Assembly: GCA_016927995.1 (NCBI GenBank)
Contig: JAFGLO010000008.1
Coordinates: 2,074-66,073 of the forward strand
DNA length: 64,000 nt
Source of the DNA: Candidatus Dojkabacteria bacterium
Lineage (GTDB): Bacteria; Patescibacteriota; Dojkabacteria; JAFGLO01
Reading direction: 5' to 3'
The notes under the pieces were generated by a model. It ran no database searches. It was given only the letters and a program-made list of their open reading frames with translations, and was not told the DNA's origin. Positions 1-10,545 of the stretch are shown here, in pieces (positions within the stretch are counted from its first letter, which is position 1; each line of letters opens with the position of its first letter). The position numbers and the translations under genes were made by a program.

Positions 1-1060
1 TTGTGTGCCAAAATTCCATTGTATACAATCCACCGGACAACCCCGGCATACTGCTTATTGTGGCTTTACCCTGGATTACAATAACTGGCAACAAATAGCC
101 GTTATCCATATCAAGATAATAAACCTGCCCCATTGCAGAAATATTTAAATTTTGAAAATTAATGTCGGAGAAGACGATCCCTGTTGCGTAGTTTGGATCT
201 TCTTCCGTAATTGGGTCATCGTAAACTGAATTATATTCGTCAAAGACAATCTGCGTCTTAACTATTTTCGAACCTGCCGTACCTGACTTAAAACTATCTA
301 CGATTCCGTCGGAATTGTATCCGTTATACGTTCCTACTTTGTTAAAATCAGGTAAATATCTAAGCATCGACATATACGTTATTTGACCGTCCGAATCAAC
401 CACAAGTTCAATAAGATCCTCCTCAAAATTTGTGTTTAGAACTTTATATTTGTTAACCGACAAGGTTCCTATTATACTTTCATAACCGGCAACATTTTTT
501 ACAGAAAAGGTATAATTATCGAAATATTCGGTTTGGAATAAATCATTTAATGCCTTTGCTACAGAGGAATTCACGTCACCACCAGACGAATTTATTACCA
601 ACCCGCTGTTAGTCAAAGATATTTTTAATATTTGGGTATATAAAGTTGCGTTTCCCTTGTTTCCCGCCCAGGTTGTAAAATACTCTGATTTGGTTTCCAC
701 AAACCCTAACGATTGCATTGCACTTATTAAATCGAGCATTATATTTATATCAACAAGCTCATACACTTTATTTAATTCGGGCCACTGTGTAATCTCGGCA
801 TTGGCATCAAGATAAACTGCTGTATTCGAGAGATTAAGTCCACCGTTTGGATCATCTATTGAAAGCTCTCCTAATGATTCATCTCCCTGCTGAGCCGGAT
901 TTAGAAGATCCTTAAAGTAAACAAAGTATGTTGCAATCAGTAAGCCAACAAAGGCAAGAACAACAAGAATAACGAGGTAGTTTGCAACGAAAAACTCTTT
1001 AATTTTTTGAAAACTAAACTTCTTATTTTCTTTTGGTTCTTGTACTGTTTCCATTTGCAT
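1..1060 (-). CDS. Membrane-anchored hypothetical protein (partial, runs off the left end of the window)
   Basis: Not in the ORF track. Manual translation from ATG at 1060 gives MQMETVQEPKENKKFSFQKIKEFFVANYLVILVVLAFVGLLIATYFVYF..., open to base 1, with one N-terminal TM helix. Confidence 0.8.
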   Translation of the reverse strand, partial: MQMETVQEPKENKKFSFQKIKEFFVANYLVILVVLAFVGLLIATYFVYFKDLLNPAQQGDESLGELSIDDPNGGLNLSNTAVYLDANAEITQWPELNKVYELVDINIMLDLISAMQSLGFVETKSEYFTTWAGNKGNATLYTQILKISLTNSGLVINSSGGDVNSSVAKALNDLFQTEYFDNYTFSVKNVAGYESIIGTLSVNKYKVLNTNFEEDLIELVVDSDGQITYMSMLRYLPDFNKVGTYNGYNSDGIVDSFKSGTAGSKIVKTQIVFDEYNSVYDDPITEEDPNYATGIVFSDINFQNLNISAMGQVYYLDMDNGYLLPVIVIQGKATISSMPGLSGGLYTMEFWHT

Positions 1061-1069
1061 TTAATTAAC

Positions 1070-3481
1070 TTACTCGGGACATACACTATTACTTCCAATT
1101 CCAACATACCTTGCAACATCTACCGGAGCCCCCGAAGGAGTACGTGCAAATACATGCACATGCTCACCACTCCAGCGAAGAGTACAGCCATCCGGAATTT
1201 GCCCATCTCCCGGCCCGGGAATTGTCTTAAGCTGCGAATATTTGATTCCACACCCAACTACCCAGTCACCCTGCCCGGGAGCAAGAGAAAACAACTCACA
1301 TAAAGGGTCACCAGCATTTACTGAAGCCCCAGACTTTATCACGCACTTCTTTGCATCAATATGTACAATAACGAATTGAGCTCCCGTACTTTTTCCTGTT
1401 TTATGATTCTTTTCCTTAATAATAACATAGTCCTGAGATAAACCAACGCGGTAAATTGATACTGTTCCACTTACCGGAGCTTTCACCATTTTGGTTCCAT
1501 CGGTTGGGGCAATATCAACTGCATAGGTATTTTTTGTTTGGACAAGAATTCTGTGAGACGTGGCTCCTTTGTATCCTTGAGTACATTTTATTGAATCAAA
1601 CATTGGGCTAAATGGATAATCTAGCTTTAACTGCGTTAGACTTGCATTGTAGTCAATTGCATATCCTCCACCTGCAGTACCGTCGAGTATGCTTGTATTA
1701 CCACCAGGCACTGTAGCTCTATCGGGTCCTCCCGACCCAACTTGACCGGGAATAACATCGTTTGGCATAAAGGCCCCGGAACGTGCATACGTGGAATATA
1801 TACCGGCGATAAGAATGCCCATTATCACGGCTACCAATAATAAACTCTTAACGGATATCTCCAGCACGGCCCATCCTATTTTTTCTACAATTTCAGCGAC
1901 AACCCATCCGACAACTGCAGCAACCAAATTTCCAATTACGGGAACTGCTGAACCTATCGCTTGCAAAGCTCCGTGAATCAATCCTTTCGTTCCAAACTTC
2001 ATAGCCAACTTTACAAATGCATCAGACACCGATTGAAACGCTTTTCGAATCGCATATTGCACGACCGACTTGGCCGCATTTTGCCATCCGGCATTTGCAA
2101 CCTTTTGTAACTCCTTTGCAAGTCCGGCCATGCCCATTTTTTGTGCAATATTTATTGCAAAACTAACCCCTCGTTCGGCAATATGCTTGTTTACAAAATT
2201 CTCAAGTCGACCTTTTATACCAAGTTCCGGAAGTATCTTTTTCCCAAAAAGCAGGTTAACCATTTTTGCCCAATCGCCATCCCATGCCGATCTTAAGATA
2301 ACACCCGGATGGGCAATATATGCCAATGCAAATACTTTGTTAAATCCTTTCCCCAATTTATAGTCTTTCCATTTCTGAGGCGTGGCCGTAAGCAATGCCC
2401 TGAATTTATCGGCACCACGACCAGCCGCAAGCATCTTTAAAAGATCTCCGTTTAAGAAGAGATTTGGAAATGTTTCAGCTTTCGACCAGGCCAACCTACC
2501 TGCATTAATATCGTTTACTAAATTTATAGCACCTAACCATCCACTCTGACCTTTTTTAATTCTGGTAAGTTGTATCGCAAGTGCCCTTTCGCTTTCAGAA
2601 CCCTTGCTTAGTTTTCTTATGATGTGGTCAAACGCAAGAGACTGATAATTCTCCCCGCTTTCAGTTTCAATAATTGTTCCAACGATTGATTGAACCGTAC
2701 TCGAGGTTTCTTTGGAAACATCCAACCCTAATTGAGAAAGATCTGAATCAACAAGCGCTTTTAATCTATCCCCTCTTTTCTTACTGGCTTTACCCTGCTG
2801 TGCTATTCCGATTCTTTTTAGATATGCATTCCTTCTACTTGCATCATTAAAACTGCCGAGATACTGCTCAATTGTATTTATTTCGGGGGCCGATACTTTT
2901 GCCTTTGTAAGAATTTCTCTGGAGTTTTCGGCAAGTTCTGCAAACGCTAAGGCTCTTGCATCGTTAGAAGTATGCATTATATCGTTGTTATTCCAAAGAT
3001 CCAGCACTCTTCTTCTGAACGAATCAGAGATATCCCCGTGTCCTGCCTTTGCAAGAGAATACTTTAGCAATCGCTCCTTTTCCCAAGAAGTTAGACTTGA
3101 TATCATATTTGCCCACTTTTTACCCCCACCAAAAAGCGGCGCACTTGCACCATAGGCAATCTCCTTGGAAAAATTAATCGCACTCTCTACGGCTTTGTTC
3201 GGATCATCAAGAGCCTGAACAATAAATTGCGGAGATATCGAGACGTTAAGGTTTTTATAGTCAAGCCCTACGGTAAACCTAGGAGAATATAACGCAATGT
3301 TAGCTCTGTTTATAACGTTATCAATGGGACCGGCAACCAACGCATTTATAGGTGCCATTGCACCTTCCATTACATCAGCAACCTGAGCACCCTGCTGACC
3401 AATATCAATAAAAGGTCTACCCTGCGCAGGTCTGCTTTGCTTTGGTAACAAACTGTCAAATACCGAGTCTAAAAGTCCCAT
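1070..3481 (-). CDS. Large membrane protein with C-terminal M23-like metallopeptidase domain
   Basis: 803 aa with hydrophobic helices at ~510-565. The C-terminus has SH...YAVDIA, VKAPVSGTV, VHID and GEHVHVF, matching M23/LytM Zn-binding motifs. Confidence 0.75.
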   Translation of the reverse strand: MGLLDSVFDSLLPKQSRPAQGRPFIDIGQQGAQVADVMEGAMAPINALVAGPIDNVINRANIALYSPRFTVGLDYKNLNVSISPQFIVQALDDPNKAVESAINFSKEIAYGASAPLFGGGKKWANMISSLTSWEKERLLKYSLAKAGHGDISDSFRRRVLDLWNNNDIMHTSNDARALAFAELAENSREILTKAKVSAPEINTIEQYLGSFNDASRRNAYLKRIGIAQQGKASKKRGDRLKALVDSDLSQLGLDVSKETSSTVQSIVGTIIETESGENYQSLAFDHIIRKLSKGSESERALAIQLTRIKKGQSGWLGAINLVNDINAGRLAWSKAETFPNLFLNGDLLKMLAAGRGADKFRALLTATPQKWKDYKLGKGFNKVFALAYIAHPGVILRSAWDGDWAKMVNLLFGKKILPELGIKGRLENFVNKHIAERGVSFAINIAQKMGMAGLAKELQKVANAGWQNAAKSVVQYAIRKAFQSVSDAFVKLAMKFGTKGLIHGALQAIGSAVPVIGNLVAAVVGWVVAEIVEKIGWAVLEISVKSLLLVAVIMGILIAGIYSTYARSGAFMPNDVIPGQVGSGGPDRATVPGGNTSILDGTAGGGYAIDYNASLTQLKLDYPFSPMFDSIKCTQGYKGATSHRILVQTKNTYAVDIAPTDGTKMVKAPVSGTVSIYRVGLSQDYVIIKEKNHKTGKSTGAQFVIVHIDAKKCVIKSGASVNAGDPLCELFSLAPGQGDWVVGCGIKYSQLKTIPGPGDGQIPDGCTLRWSGEHVHVFARTPSGAPVDVARYVGIGSNSVCPE

Positions 3482-3523
3482 TAAAATTCAAAGTAAAGTT
3501 TAAAAGGTTTAACCATTACTACA

Positions 3524-5056
3524 CTACTCACCCACTGATTTAAGTAAACCACCAATAAGTGGAGTCTTGGACGACATCCCAACAATGCTTTTGGTTGCAA
3601 GACCCGCGGCCTGTGAGCCCTGAACCTTTAAGAACTCTTTTGTAAACTTGTCGGCTGATGCAGCGGCAAGCACTATAGCATAGGCAATTAGCCCACCAAT
3701 GTTACCTGCGCCGGGATCAACAAGTGTTGTATTGATTCCACCAGGGAAGGTAATCGCAGTCTTAATACTACTTATTGCAACAACCGCCCCAATGTTAATC
3801 ATTGCGAATGTAACCGGAAATACAAGTGCATCTGCAAAAATACCTTTATACGAATCGATTATCATTTTTTCCTGACCAGGTAATGTGCCAATTAACGTAA
3901 CAATAGGTAGTGCTATTACCTTCATAAAAATCTGGGCGTATGCAAGAAACAGATTGAAAACTATCTTAAATGAGGCATATATTAAGCCCACGGATATAAT
4001 AATTTTTACCAAAATGTCCTTCCAGGTTATTCCTCCGTTATAAATAAAACCTGTAGCCGCAGTAACTGCAGACATAGATACAGATGCCGTTGAGGCCAGA
4101 AGATCCCCCGCAGAGGTTCCCCAACCCTTAAATGTTGTTATTAGTGCATTTCCCCACGACGTTACCGCTCCTTGAAGGGTTTGCTTTATACTGGCAGAAT
4201 GTGCTGCATTACCAACGCCACCCGTCATATCTACAGCACCCGTTAAAATCCACTGTGTGTTTGTCCAAAAATACCAAGGTCCGCCGAGTCCAATTGGCTG
4301 CATTGAGATTCCATTCTTAGTGTAGTAGTCAGCAATGAGATTACTTATTAGCGCCATGACAAATGTACTAACGCTAAGAAGTAGTCCTGCTAAAAAGAAA
4401 CTCGCGTGCACAAGAATCATTCCAATTATCACACGGGGAATAGAATTTGTTATGGACACTGCAACCTGCCCGTTAATCTTTTGTCTAAACATGATCATAA
4501 ACCCGATTACAACAACAACTACAACAAATCCTACATATGCAATATTCTTTGTGTAATCCCATAGATCCTTTATTGGTTTTAACATATCTTGACCTGAGGT
4601 GGGAGCTGTCGCAGCATTAGCTTGGTTTATTCTCGAAGGACTCCACTCCTGTGCAATGTAAACTCCCGGGTTTACAGAGGTAGGAAAGTTTGAAAAAGCA
4701 TAAGTAACAAACTCACTTGAGCGATCCAACAGTCCGTATCCCATGGATCGAGCCGCTTCACTTTCCTGTAAAAGCGCCATTTGGTCCTCAACTGGAAAAA
4801 CACCAAGCCCTATTAACCGTTGTCCAAAAACTAAAATACCGGCCATTGTATTAACGCAATGATAATCGGCTGCGCTAGTCCCCTCTGTCCCATATACCTG
4901 ATTTGTAACCTCGGAACACTCAGTATATGCAGAAAGGTTAGGATCACCCGCACTGACCTTAAAGCTTCCGCTTATGGTTCCGATAACTACCATAAACAAA
5001 AGTGCCATTGTTAAAATCCTCATGCCTTTGGTGAAGAGCTTTTCGATTTTGGACAT
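3524..5056 (-). CDS. VirB6/TrbL-like polytopic membrane protein (CPR type)
   Basis: 510 aa, multiple TM helices. LWDYTKNIAY...IGFMIMFRQKI...IPRVIIGMILV resembles CPR VirB6-like proteins. Confidence 0.6.
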   Translation of the reverse strand: MSKIEKLFTKGMRILTMALLFMVVIGTISGSFKVSAGDPNLSAYTECSEVTNQVYGTEGTSAADYHCVNTMAGILVFGQRLIGLGVFPVEDQMALLQESEAARSMGYGLLDRSSEFVTYAFSNFPTSVNPGVYIAQEWSPSRINQANAATAPTSGQDMLKPIKDLWDYTKNIAYVGFVVVVVVIGFMIMFRQKINGQVAVSITNSIPRVIIGMILVHASFFLAGLLLSVSTFVMALISNLIADYYTKNGISMQPIGLGGPWYFWTNTQWILTGAVDMTGGVGNAAHSASIKQTLQGAVTSWGNALITTFKGWGTSAGDLLASTASVSMSAVTAATGFIYNGGITWKDILVKIIISVGLIYASFKIVFNLFLAYAQIFMKVIALPIVTLIGTLPGQEKMIIDSYKGIFADALVFPVTFAMINIGAVVAISSIKTAITFPGGINTTLVDPGAGNIGGLIAYAIVLAAASADKFTKEFLKVQGSQAAGLATKSIVGMSSKTPLIGGLLKSVGE

Positions 5057-5081
5057 TTTAAGTTAATATTAAAATTTAAAT

Positions 5082-7358
5082 TTATTCTTCTTTGGGCGGA
5101 ATACCCTGAGTTGTAAGTCTAACATAAGCTTCACTAATATCCATGTGTCCTGGCATTCCATACATTTGATCGTATGCTTCACCAATAAGACATGAAAACT
5201 TTAGTACTCCAGGAAAATACAGCTTAAGATTATCATATTGTTTACCACAAATATATGCAGAGACTTCGACGTAAAGTTCGCCGACGTTATCACATTCGGT
5301 ACCGCCACCCGGATAGGCCGTCATACCTAGAAGCGCAAGATCATACTGTTGCATTATATCGGTGAAGGTGTCGGTAACATAAAATTGAATATCTTTTATG
5401 CTTTGTTTACACGGATTAAAGAAAGAGATCGTTCTATCAATTGTACTTTCTATAACCCATGTTCCCGCCTGACCAATGGTCATTGTAGGTGCTTGAATAC
5501 TGCAGTACTCTAAAGCTCCGGCAGGTACGGAGTTAACCTGATTTTTACAAACCCCAATCATCTGTTCTTCAGCATATGCTTTTAAATATTTTTCAAGGTC
5601 CAAGAGTCCATTAACGCCTTCCCCGGGAATTCCATAAAAATACGCCATATTACTTTTTGCCTTTTCATAGGCTGCCGCCGCATCTTCAACTGTTGCCTCG
5701 GCTTTCTGCCCACTTGATCCCGTTGTCTCAATGTATAAAACAGATGGCGTATAAGCCGCCGGAAAGTTGGCCGTACTTGACCAAACCATGTCGTAATTTT
5801 TACCTGGAATCTGCATTGAATAAGGATTCCCACCTTGTTGGGCTGTTCGACCTTTGGCTCCGATAATTGGAATTTCGTTATCTTTTGCAACTAGCCCAAA
5901 TGGTGCCGAAATTCCTGTAGGATACATCATGGTTCCAAGCCGAATATCGCAATTGCAACCAAATTTTCCAACTTCGCCAAGCTCGGAAAACCAGGTGGAC
6001 AAAGTATTAGAAGTTTCACCCGTTACCGATAATCCTTCGGTACAAACCATTTTGTCAACAACAGGAATATCGCCTGTACATGGACGAATTTCGTCGCCCC
6101 ATTCAGGCCACAAACATGCATTCATATCGGCTCCCCGAGTTGGAAATCCATTACAACATACGTAATATGCAGAACAATACGAGCCACCACCACACGAAAT
6201 ATATTTATTGGTCGGACAGGCTAAACTACTATTAAGTCTAGAGGCAAAATTAGTAGCACTCGTAGCTCCACTAAAAATACTGTTCCAATCGACGTTACAA
6301 TTATTATAAACAGATACCGCAACAGTTGATGAATAACCGGTATTGCTGTTTGTCTGACTGCCGGCCGCAGGTAAGTAATAACCTCTACACTGAGCAGTTC
6401 CTTCGATATCGGGGTTGTAAATAAAAGGCATTGCAGCTTTTACCTTGCCCTGCAATTGTGGCCATGCATTTGCTAAAAATTGAGCCATATCAGGCTCAAC
6501 ATATCCACCTAAAAACCCAAGTTCTGTAATAAAAATATTGTTTCTGTCAAAGTTAACTCCGGACGTAGTTCCCTTTAATATAGCATCGGTACAGATCCCG
6601 GCATCGATACAGTTTACACTGTCCTTGTTGTTGTATATTGTTGCATAACTTCCGCCATATACGTGAAGGGCAACACCATCGAAAGTAAGATCGCCTAAAT
6701 TCATGTTACTAATAAACTCACTCGGATTAACGGTCTCGGCATTCGGATATGGGTTCATGGAAGGAAATAATACCTTATGCCCCTTTGCCCTAAGTGCAGA
6801 CACCAGTTTTTTAAGATATTTACCAACACCTTGTGCCATTGCCGTATTACCTCCACTATTAAAAAGCGCAGTGTTTTCCCTGCTCCAGTTAATTTCGTTA
6901 AGAGGCTCAACCCATACAGACGTAATTCCGGAAAGACATGAAGCAAAATTATTAACCAGATTAGTTTGGTCGGCATCGCTTACAGGAATTCCGCTACTAC
7001 CCGGATACAATCTGACAATTAAATTCCCACCTGTGTGCGAGGCAATATAGTCAATTGGAATTCCACTATTCACCTGTTTACAGTCGGTACCCATCATTAC
7101 CATTACCCAGTTACCGTTATTAACCGCCCAGTTAAGCGTGGCATTCTGATGATCCCAGTCATCGCATCCATAAGCACCAAGATTATACCCGACAACAGAA
7201 TCTGCAACAGGACCGGTACATGTTCCACCCGACGATGCAGATACCAAAGGTTTGTAATTTACAATAAAAAACAAAGAAAGCAGAAGACACAAAACAGAGC
7301 CGCCATAAAACCAAAATTGTTTTCCGGGCATCTTTAAAACCATGCCAAAGGATACCAT
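5082..7358 (-). CDS. Secreted or anchored clan GH-A glycoside hydrolase-like protein with Cys-rich C-terminal region
   Basis: N-terminal TM/signal. EPLNEIN (acid/base), ALHVY and ITELG (nucleophile) are TIM-barrel GH-A motifs. Confidence 0.65.
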   Translation of the reverse strand: MVSFGMVLKMPGKQFWFYGGSVLCLLLSLFFIVNYKPLVSASSGGTCTGPVADSVVGYNLGAYGCDDWDHQNATLNWAVNNGNWVMVMMGTDCKQVNSGIPIDYIASHTGGNLIVRLYPGSSGIPVSDADQTNLVNNFASCLSGITSVWVEPLNEINWSRENTALFNSGGNTAMAQGVGKYLKKLVSALRAKGHKVLFPSMNPYPNAETVNPSEFISNMNLGDLTFDGVALHVYGGSYATIYNNKDSVNCIDAGICTDAILKGTTSGVNFDRNNIFITELGFLGGYVEPDMAQFLANAWPQLQGKVKAAMPFIYNPDIEGTAQCRGYYLPAAGSQTNSNTGYSSTVAVSVYNNCNVDWNSIFSGATSATNFASRLNSSLACPTNKYISCGGGSYCSAYYVCCNGFPTRGADMNACLWPEWGDEIRPCTGDIPVVDKMVCTEGLSVTGETSNTLSTWFSELGEVGKFGCNCDIRLGTMMYPTGISAPFGLVAKDNEIPIIGAKGRTAQQGGNPYSMQIPGKNYDMVWSSTANFPAAYTPSVLYIETTGSSGQKAEATVEDAAAAYEKAKSNMAYFYGIPGEGVNGLLDLEKYLKAYAEEQMIGVCKNQVNSVPAGALEYCSIQAPTMTIGQAGTWVIESTIDRTISFFNPCKQSIKDIQFYVTDTFTDIMQQYDLALLGMTAYPGGGTECDNVGELYVEVSAYICGKQYDNLKLYFPGVLKFSCLIGEAYDQMYGMPGHMDISEAYVRLTTQGIPPKEE

Positions 7359-7436
7359 ATTCTGTTCGTTTCTGCTAATATATAATACCTTCTACGAAGG
7401 GAAAATTTTGAATAAATTTTTAGAGCCTGCCCAGCT

Positions 7437-9869
7437 ATGATTACATGGAACACTTACTTTTCAAAAAATAGTGAGTCCACAAAAGCGTCAAAAATCTTTA
7501 CACAAAAACTTGGAAATACCAATGTTTTCACAATCATTACACTTTTGGGCTCGGGTCCCTTCAATGCTCATACAGCAGGCAATATGATTTGGGAGAAAAT
7601 TAAAGAAGTAATAATGGAACCAACCGAGTCGATAACCGAAATGCTCGAGGAGGCACTAAAAAAATCCCGCCAGCACTTAATTCGTCTGATTCAAAATGAC
7701 GAGACATTTAAAGATATCGGAATTGATTTTCATGTTTCAATCGTTATGGTTCAAGGTAAAATTATGTACATTGGTAACATTGGAGACAACGATCTTTATA
7801 TAATCCGAAACACCCCCATAGATATAGGAAAACTTGTCCACGACGAAAAGAAAATATTTCAAACCGGCAGTGGAAAACTTGAAGATAATGACATCTTGAT
7901 ACTAGGTGCACCCAATACGGTCGATGCATATATTGAAACCCAGTTTTCTGAAGATACCCCACTGCACCAATGGGAGCTAATAAACGACGACTTCCAAAGT
8001 CTGTCGGATGGATTTGCGGGTACACAGTCAATTATCACAGTTTTTATAGGAACACCCGAGTCACAAATTCTTGAAGAACCTGCGGGTAAGGTCAACGATC
8101 CAACAAATTACAAGGCAGGCAACATTACGGCAGAATCGGCCGGTACAAACACCGCCCTAAATCCGGAAGCACTGACTCCCGAGTCACTTATGATTGATGA
8201 TTCAACCTTTGGAGGAAAGGTTAAATCATTCTTTGCGAAGGCAAAACTTTTTGCAACCGATACTTACCGAAAAATCGAGCCCACTATTGGTAACCTGATC
8301 AACAAAGTTAAAGAACTGTTCGGGTCAGCCAAATCGGCAATTTCCCAAAGATTTTCGGGCCAGGACCACTCCGGACTCGAAGAAACCAAGATACCCGTTG
8401 CATTCGCAGAGCCAACTAGAAATGACAATTCCGGACTATACAAAGACTACGAACTTCGGGACGTACAAAAGCCCGTCTCGGCAAATCTAAGACCGCAAAG
8501 CTCTATTGGCCGTAAGCTAAAGAGTTTCTTGTCATTCTTACCAATTCAGCCAAAAGTAAAACCGCAAAACGTCGGTAGCAAAATCGGTGAACCCTTCTAC
8601 AAAAAACAATGGTTCTACGTTGCCATAGTTGCCGTTATCGGAATATTCATAATCGGCGGACTCATAAAATCCGCAAAAGAGAAAAAAGTCTATACGGCTT
8701 ACCTTGACAAGATTACAAGTTACGTAACGACTGTAGAAACCATTATTTCGGAAGCAGAGCGACTTGCTTTGTCAGGACCAGAAAAAAGAACTGAACTTAT
8801 TACAAAGGTTGACCAATACAAAAACTATATTGCAACCGAAAGTATAGACACAACCAATCTAAAGGAAGCTGATCTGGAACTTAAAACTAGACTTGGAACT
8901 GCAGCTACAAAAATGATTCTACTCGAGAATCAGGCCTATTTAATAGAACCTGTAAAGGAAGGCGAGAATCTAACAATCCTCTTTGACACAACACAGGCAT
9001 GCAATGGAATGGCTGATCCTATCGACATCGCCGTTAACTCACCCTTCATGATTATTCTTGGCAATGACAAAAAAAGTATTTGTGTTGTAAACCTAAGTGA
9101 AACCAACGCTCAAGGAGTAATAATTGATAATAATCATACCCTATCGGAAGAACCATTTGCCGTTTCAGCTTATACAATTAAAGATTCCCAAGACAAGATT
9201 GTCTCATCCGGGTTTTATGTACTCGATGCCAAAAAAGGTGTAATAAAAATTGAAATTCAAAATAGTGAGAATGCTTTTCTGGATGCCTCAAAATTTGTAT
9301 TAACCGCAATGTCTGCACTAACTCCAAATACAATCGGGAAGGCACTCGACATAGAAACCTATAAAGAACACCTATACTTTTTAAACGCAAGTGAGTCACG
9401 TGTTAAGAAGGCCGCCGGTCAAGACAACGGGTTTGCTTTCCCTCAGGAATATCCCGGCATGCGAAATGACGAATTTACCCTGGCAACAGATATGTTAATC
9501 GATGGAGCAATTTACATTCTTACAAACTCCCCAAGTAAAATCCTTATGTACTCAGGAGGTGATCCATATAATTTAACAATCCAAAACACAACACCGAATA
9601 TTAACGTTATTGGTAATGGATTCACGGAAATTGGTGAGACTCGTCCAATTTACATAATTGATCACCAAGAAGGATACGAACGTATACTGGTTTTTGAGAA
9701 ACCCACCGGAGAAGGTATGGCTTTAAACTTAAATCTCAGATACCAGTTTAGATATCAGGGAAGTAAGGAAAATGTATTTACCGACCTAAAAGAAGTTTTT
9801 CCCGATGAATATGACAATTATCTTTACGTTCTTGACGATACGCTAATTCTCAAGATTGTCGTTAAATAA
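7437..9869 (+). CDS. PP2C-like domain, TM helix and extracytoplasmic beta-propeller-like domain
   Basis: N-terminal YIGNIGD...IIRN and GKLEDNDILIL (PPM-like fold). TM at ~392-410. Repeated beta-rich blades such as YVLD, LYFL and IYIL. Confidence 0.6.
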   Translation: MITWNTYFSKNSESTKASKIFTQKLGNTNVFTIITLLGSGPFNAHTAGNMIWEKIKEVIMEPTESITEMLEEALKKSRQHLIRLIQNDETFKDIGIDFHVSIVMVQGKIMYIGNIGDNDLYIIRNTPIDIGKLVHDEKKIFQTGSGKLEDNDILILGAPNTVDAYIETQFSEDTPLHQWELINDDFQSLSDGFAGTQSIITVFIGTPESQILEEPAGKVNDPTNYKAGNITAESAGTNTALNPEALTPESLMIDDSTFGGKVKSFFAKAKLFATDTYRKIEPTIGNLINKVKELFGSAKSAISQRFSGQDHSGLEETKIPVAFAEPTRNDNSGLYKDYELRDVQKPVSANLRPQSSIGRKLKSFLSFLPIQPKVKPQNVGSKIGEPFYKKQWFYVAIVAVIGIFIIGGLIKSAKEKKVYTAYLDKITSYVTTVETIISEAERLALSGPEKRTELITKVDQYKNYIATESIDTTNLKEADLELKTRLGTAATKMILLENQAYLIEPVKEGENLTILFDTTQACNGMADPIDIAVNSPFMIILGNDKKSICVVNLSETNAQGVIIDNNHTLSEEPFAVSAYTIKDSQDKIVSSGFYVLDAKKGVIKIEIQNSENAFLDASKFVLTAMSALTPNTIGKALDIETYKEHLYFLNASESRVKKAAGQDNGFAFPQEYPGMRNDEFTLATDMLIDGAIYILTNSPSKILMYSGGDPYNLTIQNTTPNINVIGNGFTEIGETRPIYIIDHQEGYERILVFEKPTGEGMALNLNLRYQFRYQGSKENVFTDLKEVFPDEYDNYLYVLDDTLILKIVVK

Positions 9870-10322
9870 ATGATCATTTCAAATAAGGGCGTAACAAAAC
9901 ATTACGAGGTAATTGACAAATACGAAGCAGGGATTATGCTAACGGGTCCGGAGGTAAAATCCATTCGAAATAAAAGTATCTCTTTTAAAGGCACCTACAT
10001 TACCAACAGGACCGGGGAGCTTTTTCTTGTTGGACTTAATATTGGTCAATATAAATATACCGGCAGTAAAAATGCCATATCGGAAAGACAAATCAAACTT
10101 TTGGTTACGAAACACGAGCTTGTCAAGATTAATTCAAAACTAAAAGACGGTAGTATTACACTTGTTCCCCTTTCAATTTTTACCAAAGGCAAGCGACTTA
10201 AACTTGAGTTTGCAATGGGTCGTGGACTTAAAAAATATGATATTAAATCTCGTGAAAAAGCTATTGATCAAGAACGAAAGACTGAAGCCCGTGAAGCAAA
10301 GTATAAAAAGATTAACGGCTGA
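9870..10322 (+). CDS. smpB: SsrA-binding protein SmpB
   Basis: YEAGIMLTGPEVKSIR, TLVPL and GRGLKKYD motifs. Confidence 0.97.
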   Translation: MIISNKGVTKHYEVIDKYEAGIMLTGPEVKSIRNKSISFKGTYITNRTGELFLVGLNIGQYKYTGSKNAISERQIKLLVTKHELVKINSKLKDGSITLVPLSIFTKGKRLKLEFAMGRGLKKYDIKSREKAIDQERKTEAREAKYKKING

Positions 10323-10326
10323 TTGG

Positions 10327-10545
10327 CTAGAACACCACCGCCAGAAGAAAGATCAAAAGTGCAAGAATTACACATATACCCGTCCATAAAAACACCAATG
10401 ATTTAATTGCTCTCCCGTAAGAAGTTTTGATAATCTTGTGAAGCACGTTAACTCTAAAGTACATAATTATCAAAAGAAAGAAATGGTAAAAATATAAAAT
10501 TCCTACAAGCGACAAAACTACAATTGTAAAGAGTTTTTCTTCCAT
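10327..10545 (-). CDS. Small membrane protein (2 TM)
   Basis: 72 aa hydrophobic ORF overlapping the upstream gene's stop by 1 nt. Confidence 0.6.
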   Translation of the reverse strand: MEEKLFTIVVLSLVGILYFYHFFLLIIMYFRVNVLHKIIKTSYGRAIKSLVFLWTGICVILALLIFLLAVVF

